This document shows, one piece after another, positions 16,037 to 21,114 of a DNA stretch of 21,114 nt. Below the pieces are notes generated by a model. It saw only the letters and a list, made by a program, of their open reading frames with translations, did no database searches and was not told the DNA's origin. Source of the stretch: Limisphaerales bacterium (GTDB lineage Bacteria > Verrucomicrobiota > Verrucomicrobiia > Limisphaerales > JAJOIW01); contig CBFHOE010000001.1 of assembly GCA_965657355.1 (NCBI GenBank), positions 116,936 to 138,049 of the forward strand, in the 5' to 3' direction. Both the position numbers and the translations under genes were made by a program. The first letter of the stretch is position 1. Every line of letters starts with the position of its first letter.

Positions 16037-17473
16037 ATGGCCAATTCATTCAAAAATCAGAATCTCGAGGTTCTCATTCTAAAATACAAAGATGGGTCGA
16101 TTACGGGTGAAGAATTAGAAGAATTAAACAATATTCTCAAGGATTCTGCTGGAGCAAGAGAATCCTATCTCGATACAGTTCATCAATCGCTTCATGTGGA
16201 GAGCGTGTTCAACGAAATTCAAGATGGTGAGCTTCAAATTATTGGGAAAAGTCCCGACGGAAATGGCGGGCATAAAGCAAGACGCGCAAAGCTCTTTGTT
16301 CTACCGGTTTCAATCGCCGCCATTTTTATAATATCCATTAGCTTCATTCAGTTTTTTTACTCTGGTAATCCGAAAGGGTTAATGGGGCATGGCCAAGTTG
16401 TTGGAAAAATAGAAAAGCAGGTGGGATCTTTCGTTTTGGTTGGTGAAGATGGTACATTTTACAATCTATCTGATACTGGGAATTCTATTGTTCCCGGAAC
16501 TCTTAAAAGCTCATCCCATGAAGGGTATATTAAGTTGCAATTAAATAACGGGGCTGAATTGGAGTTCGTAGGAAAGGGTGCCCTGGGAATCTTCAAAAAA
16601 GAAGCATTGAACCTAGTTCTTCATTATGGAGTTCTGAATGCAAAAATACCTGAGCTGCCTTCTGAAAAACCATTGTATATCCATACCTCTCAAACAGAGC
16701 TCAAATCAACAAAAGGTGATTTTTTATTCTCAACATACAATGGAGAAAGTCTTATCCAGGTCAGAAAGGGATCTGCTGAATTACTTCGCAGAGATACAAA
16801 TGAGCAACTGAATTTAAATCCTGGGGGAAAAGTTGCGGTCTCGCCTTTTAGATCTTTGGCCGATTGCCAACTCAAAAATATTCAATTTTCAAATAAGTTT
16901 GATCTTGAGGGAACTGATACCCCAGTTACGCCGGACCTAAAATTAAATATTAGTAAGAATAGTCATCATAAAATATTAGGTAGTGGTCCTTTTTTTGATC
17001 CCAACAAAACAAATTCTTCTTTTTTCGGAGTCACAGCCAAAACAGAAGTTGTGGATTGGCCGTCAAAGAATGCAAGATATGTAGATTTGGTTCATTTAAA
17101 TATCCCCTTGCTCTCAGATGCCTCCGTGCATGTGGATCTTAATTCGGAGTTTGTATTCAAAGGGGTAGGGATGGACACTGAATGGGTGGAAGTTGTGCTC
17201 CATTGCAGATCTCTTAATAGCCAAGACATAAAAATATTCAAAACCAGGCATGACCTGCCATCCCATATGAAAAGCGGCAGCACAGGAAAGCCAATTAAAT
17301 GGTATATTCCATTAAAGCTGGATGGTTTTACCGATGGCTCAGGCGAAAAAATGCAGCAAAACCAATCCTATGAACTTATCCACGCTGTAATTTATACATC
17401 TAAATCGCGTAAGAGATTTATTATCGAGAATTTTCACATATCACCGTCCAGGGAATTAAAACACCGTAAGTAG
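16037..17473 (+). CDS. FecR domain-containing transmembrane anti-sigma/sensor
   Basis: Cytoplasmic anti-sigma-like N-terminus ('YKDGSITGEELEELNNIL...ARESY'), one TM (~aa 86-108), FecR-like beta domain ('LQLNNGAELEFVG', 'LHYGVLNAKI', 'IQVRKGSAEL', 'LNPGGKV'), then an unassigned C-terminal domain. Confidence 0.8.
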   Translation: MANSFKNQNLEVLILKYKDGSITGEELEELNNILKDSAGARESYLDTVHQSLHVESVFNEIQDGELQIIGKSPDGNGGHKARRAKLFVLPVSIAAIFIISISFIQFFYSGNPKGLMGHGQVVGKIEKQVGSFVLVGEDGTFYNLSDTGNSIVPGTLKSSSHEGYIKLQLNNGAELEFVGKGALGIFKKEALNLVLHYGVLNAKIPELPSEKPLYIHTSQTELKSTKGDFLFSTYNGESLIQVRKGSAELLRRDTNEQLNLNPGGKVAVSPFRSLADCQLKNIQFSNKFDLEGTDTPVTPDLKLNISKNSHHKILGSGPFFDPNKTNSSFFGVTAKTEVVDWPSKNARYVDLVHLNIPLLSDASVHVDLNSEFVFKGVGMDTEWVEVVLHCRSLNSQDIKIFKTRHDLPSHMKSGSTGKPIKWYIPLKLDGFTDGSGEKMQQNQSYELIHAVIYTSKSRKRFIIENFHISPSRELKHRK

Positions 17474-17571
17474 TCAAAAGGTACACTTGATTTTAGAAAC
17501 ATTTTAATTCGTAAATTCGAGAGCCTCGTAAAATGTTCCAAATTTGTCTGTTCATATTCATCTGGTTTATT

Positions 17572-17599
17572 CATGGCCTGCGTGTGAACGCAGGCCATG
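17572..17599. other. Perfect 12-bp hairpin CATGGCCTGCGT-GTGA-ACGCAGGCCATG
   Basis: Exact inverted repeat with a GNRA-type loop, between the FecR and ankyrin genes. No immediate U-tract on either strand. Confidence 0.75.
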
Positions 17600-17643
17600 C
17601 AGATTTTAATCTCAAAACGGCTCGTTATTAGTTACAATAGGAA

Positions 17644-18252
17644 ATGAATCATATGATGATGAGATTTAAAGTAAATTGTCGTGGTATCCTATTATTATTA
17701 CCGTGCATTGCTATTACTCTTTTTTTTCTAGGCTGCAAAAATGAGGACAAGAAGACTGCCTCGATAAATTCTGATCAATTCGACATATTCACAGCTGTTG
17801 GTAGCGGTGATCTTAAGTTGGTCCAAAACCTCATCCGTTCGGGTGTTGATATAAATGTCCGAGAACCTTTGGCGAAATGCTCGCCTCTCGCCTTATCGTG
17901 TGTCTACGGGCACGACAAAATCACGGAGTGGTTAATTGAAAATGGAGCTGATATAGATGCGCAGAACAAAGATCGCAATACTCCTCTGCACATAGCTAGT
18001 TTTCATTGCCATGAAAAGTGTATTGCATTGCTGTTAGAGGGCGGTGCTGAAGTGAATGTCCGGAACCTAAAAGGGGAAACGCCCCTGGATATAGTCTCCT
18101 ATCCATGGAGAGATGATTTAAAGAGGCACTATATTTTTATTCATGATTTTTTTCAAATTCCATTAGATATTCACAGAATAAAAATTAATCGGGTAGGCAT
18201 TGCTGAATTATTAATCAATAATGGTGCGAAGCTTTGGGTGGTAGGTTCTTAA
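17644..18252 (+). CDS. Ankyrin-repeat lipoprotein
   Basis: Lipobox 'FFLG-C31'; about 4 ankyrin repeats ('SPLALSCVYGHDKITEWLIENGADIDAQNKDRNTPLHIA', 'GETPLD'). The start could be any of the ATGs at 17644-17659. Confidence 0.88.
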   Translation: MNHMMMRFKVNCRGILLLLPCIAITLFFLGCKNEDKKTASINSDQFDIFTAVGSGDLKLVQNLIRSGVDINVREPLAKCSPLALSCVYGHDKITEWLIENGADIDAQNKDRNTPLHIASFHCHEKCIALLLEGGAEVNVRNLKGETPLDIVSYPWRDDLKRHYIFIHDFFQIPLDIHRIKINRVGIAELLINNGAKLWVVGS

Positions 18253-18548
18253 ATGATTTAGCTTAATAAATCAAAAAATTAGCAACGTCGAATCCTGAAG
18301 GATTTAAATTCATTGGTGAGATGGATTGTCATATTAGCGTCTTGAGGTGAATGGAAAATCCTTTTGTTGAATTATTCTGATACATTGACGCCTCGGACAC
18401 CCCTTTTATTTGTATTCATTCTCGAGTTTTACTAAATGGATTCCCGTCAGCTAATATATTAAATTTAGAAATAAATTTGAAGTGGAGGCCGATTTAAATG
18501 AGAGTAACCCTCAACTAACTGTATTGTTAATTTACCGCGATAGTTTTT

Positions 18549-18863
18549 ATGGACACTCAGGAAGATAAAGGTGAAAACCCTAGTGCTAATGATGCTGAAA
18601 ACAATAGTGAAAGTCTCTTGCACAATAAAAACGCCATGGCTGCGATCACGTTCACAACGATGAACTTCTTGTGGGTTTTTCCTGCTCTTGGAGCGATGGT
18701 CATACTTGTGCGTAATCCACTTGAACGTAGCGAGAGCGGTATCAATATCGAAGATATACAAATTGAACACTGGTTATCTATCGCCATTTTGTTTTTACAA
18801 CTCATTTTCTTTAACGGCTGGTTAATGACCAAACGGTTTTTACCCAAAAACAAATACAAGTGA
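18549..18863 (+). CDS. Hypothetical small membrane protein (2 predicted TM helices)
   Basis: 104 aa; acidic disordered N-terminus, two hydrophobic segments, basic C-terminus. Same orientation as its neighbours; no family recognised. Confidence 0.6.
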   Translation: MDTQEDKGENPSANDAENNSESLLHNKNAMAAITFTTMNFLWVFPALGAMVILVRNPLERSESGINIEDIQIEHWLSIAILFLQLIFFNGWLMTKRFLPKNKYK

Positions 18864-18936
18864 TTAAAAGCCCATTTTGAGCTTTTTGTTTACCATACTG
18901 AATTTATCAGTATTATGTGGGAAGGAGAAATGTCTG

Positions 18937-19182
18937 ATGCCCCTGTATGAATACGAGTTATGTGAAGGAGACTGCAAGGTTTGTGGCGGATCTTTTACCT
19001 TGAGGCGTTCCGTTGAGGCAAAGCCATTGGAAAAATGCCCTGCATGTAAACGGTCTGTTCGGAAAATTATCTCCTCTTTTAACACCCCCACTTACACAAA
19101 ACCCCTTTCGATTTCTGACGCCAAAAAAGCTGGGTTCACTGTTCTGAAGAAAGTTAGCAAAGGGGAATATGAAAAGCAGTGA
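18937..19182 (+). CDS. FmdB-family zinc-ribbon regulatory protein
   Basis: 'MPLYEY...CKVCG...F.....CPAC...VRKIIS' signature. AAGGAG RBS at 18922-18927 supports ATG 18937 rather than TTG 18877. Confidence 0.88.
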   Translation: MPLYEYELCEGDCKVCGGSFTLRRSVEAKPLEKCPACKRSVRKIISSFNTPTYTKPLSISDAKKAGFTVLKKVSKGEYEKQ

Positions 19183-19221
19183 ATCTGCCCGTCATTAATA
19201 GATTTTAAAAGGTGCGATTGG

Positions 19222-21114
19222 CTAATCTGAAACTTTGAGAAAAACTGGCGAATCAAATGAGAGATTTTCAATCGGAATCCTGATGTGGTTGTCGAGCTGT
19301 TCCACGATGTAGTCTTGAGAATCCAACTTAGTCCATTCTGTGTTATTTGATATCTCTTGGGCTGAAAAAATTTCCAGTGTTTCCGAATTGGGTTTATTTA
19401 ATCTCAAAATGAGTGATTTTTTATTAAAGCTGACCGAAATTACTTCTAGTCTTTTTCGTGTATAGAGGCCAGGGGTGCCGAATGGAATTGGGCTTGGTTT
19501 CCAATTAAATGGATCTTGTAAATCCCCGGCTAAGTTTATTATTTCTAAAGATGGTCCGGTCCCATCAGGTGTTTCAGGCCACGGGGCATCGTCGGAATAT
19601 TTAACAAATAAAATCTCTCTACCAGCCGTATCGGTAATGCTGAATGAATCGCCGCTATTCGACAGGTTTCCTTCATAAGGCCCGAGAATCATCTCCCGGT
19701 CCAGACCGTAAACTTCCATTAGGGCCTCAGGATTTTTGGCAAGCAAAACTAGTTTTTCTGACTCCAATTGAAAAGTGGGAAAAATAAATTGAATTCCTCC
19801 CTGAACAGTCATGTCATGGAGTTGTATCGCTTCAGTCGAGGGGTTGAAAATCTCAATAAATTCGAGGTCGTTTTCAGGAATCACGGAATCTGATGGCGCG
19901 ACAGGGTGGTAATGGATTTCGGTGATCAACATTTCTGGTTTTTTCCCTATTGGAATGACTTGGTTTAGCATAGAACTCCAATTAGGGCCGGATTTAGCAC
20001 GTGCTGTTATTGGAGTCGTGTTGTTTATAGTAACGGGTGAGGTGCTGCCGGAGTTGAATTGCTTTGTTCCTCGTCTCGTGCCTCCGCCAGGTAGTCGGGG
20101 ATCCAATCCATCAAAGCGGTAATAAATTCTTTCTTTTTGCTTGGAGAAATTGAGGAGGAAGCCGCGTTCCTCAGGTTCGCCTGAATTATTTTGAATGCTA
20201 GGCCTTTGAGGGTAAAGAGAGTCAATCCAGTTGCCTCGCCTGGTGATCCATGTTTTTAGTTGTTGGACCTCCACTTGGTATCGATTGCCGTCAGGCCTCA
20301 CTGATGGCCACTTCTCGAAATTGCGTTGGGCTGGAGTCCTGAGCTCATCAGCCATCTCATCAATCAGGTCGAGCATAGACTTAGTAGACATAGGCCCAGT
20401 TCGATAATCTTGGTATCGGTCGATCCAAGATTGTTTGAAGTCGCGATTGTTTAGTAGTTTATTATACCAGCCATATCTGGTCCAGTTGGACCACCCTGTA
20501 GGGTTCATGGCTCTCGGGTCATTATCGTTTCCCATGGTTCTATCAAAATCCCAAATAGGTCCTGCAAAAATCTTACCATTTCTCGGTTTATACATGTAGG
20601 CACTCAAACGGAACTCGTCTGGATTTTTGGTGAATTCGTTTAGTATGTGATGGTCAACCCAGCTATTTACATCAATATATTCATCGAACCTGTTTTGTGA
20701 TAATGATTCGTTAAATGCATTGACATAATCTCTGAGGTAGATTTTTTGTTCGCGCGAAATATCTTCCTCTTTTGGGTCAACTAAAGCCAAAGTCTGACCT
20801 CCTGCCGAAATGCCAGAATCACCTGGGTCAACTCTATCTATTTTAAATAAATATCCTCCTGTGACGGCATCCCCATCGTTGTCTTCTTTTCTCAACCTTT
20901 TGATGTCGACTCTTTCGTCATCACGTTTGATTTTTTCAATCACGGCGTAGACGCCGAAGTAATCATCGAAATTGAGTGATTTATTCGGTGGCGTGATAAA
21001 AACTTCAACAAATCTAGTTCTTGGGGCATACCTACCCACTCTTCGACTTATCTCGTAGATAAACGGATTTCTCATGAGAGCTTTGTCGAACTGAAAAGGA
21101 CCCCAAAGAACCCA
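19222..21114 (-). CDS. CotH kinase-family protein with lamin-tail domain (5' end beyond the window)
   Basis: The frame stays open to the window edge (WVLWGPFQFDKALMRN). CotH motifs 'FVEVF...YFGVYAVIEKIKR', 'TKNPD' and 'AGPIWDFD'; LTD 'ITEIHYHP...EFIEIFN...LSNSGD...DGTGPSLE...GTPG'. Confidence 0.9.
   Translation of the reverse strand, partial: WVLWGPFQFDKALMRNPFIYEISRRVGRYAPRTRFVEVFITPPNKSLNFDDYFGVYAVIEKIKRDDERVDIKRLRKEDNDGDAVTGGYLFKIDRVDPGDSGISAGGQTLALVDPKEEDISREQKIYLRDYVNAFNESLSQNRFDEYIDVNSWVDHHILNEFTKNPDEFRLSAYMYKPRNGKIFAGPIWDFDRTMGNDNDPRAMNPTGWSNWTRYGWYNKLLNNRDFKQSWIDRYQDYRTGPMSTKSMLDLIDEMADELRTPAQRNFEKWPSVRPDGNRYQVEVQQLKTWITRRGNWIDSLYPQRPSIQNNSGEPEERGFLLNFSKQKERIYYRFDGLDPRLPGGGTRRGTKQFNSGSTSPVTINNTTPITARAKSGPNWSSMLNQVIPIGKKPEMLITEIHYHPVAPSDSVIPENDLEFIEIFNPSTEAIQLHDMTVQGGIQFIFPTFQLESEKLVLLAKNPEALMEVYGLDREMILGPYEGNLSNSGDSFSITDTAGREILFVKYSDDAPWPETPDGTGPSLEIINLAGDLQDPFNWKPSPIPFGTPGLYTRKRLEVISVSFNKKSLILRLNKPNSETLEIFSAQEISNNTEWTKLDSQDYIVEQLDNHIRIPIENLSFDSPVFLKVSD

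Noticed and set aside
17597..17627. ATGCAGA...CTCGTTA upstream of the ankyrin gene as an ECF promoter copy
   Set aside because: The -35 block is mismatched and the spacing is 3 nt too long.
1185..20225. Numerous 60-155 aa ORFs overlapping the main genes (e.g. 1784-2251 -, 12794-13075 -, 18465-18770 -, 18557-18859 -)
   Set aside because: Antisense or off-frame shadows of well-supported CDSs, with no domain motifs.
1..21114. CRISPR array, IS/transposase, integrase, prophage or rRNA
   Set aside because: No regularly spaced repeats, terminal inverted repeats or corresponding protein motifs were seen.

Overview
Bacterial genomic DNA, roughly 40% GC by eye. The gene content (TIGR02989-like ECF sigma plus FecR protein, SASA esterase, CotH/lamin-tail protein, FmdB zinc ribbon) suggests a PVC-superphylum organism, probably Verrucomicrobiota; this is inference. 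In order: an NhaR-like LysR regulator divergent from a beta-carbonic anhydrase + SulP operon; an 845-bp non-coding gap; a minus-strand SDR + CIA30 pair; an ~880-bp gap; a TIGR03364-type FAD oxidoreductase; a His-rich MerC-domain protein; a tripartite RND efflux operon; a convergent SASA/SGNH esterase; ECF sigma + FecR-type anti-sigma; an ankyrin lipoprotein; a small membrane protein; an FmdB zinc ribbon; and a 5'-truncated CotH kinase-LTD gene. No rRNA, tRNA, CRISPR array or mobile element is evident. The strongest new signal is an identical bipartite motif, ATGTCAGG-N12-TTTTCGTTTT, upstream of both the ECF sigma gene and the RND operon 7.1 kb away. It has ECF-promoter geometry, implying an autoregulated sigma/FecR system that drives an efflux pump. 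Other leads are CarH/LitR-like 11-bp repeats before the SDR-CIA30 operon, a LysR-controlled CO2/bicarbonate module with near-leaderless promoters, and a MerR-like 19-bp-spacer promoter before the MerC-domain gene.
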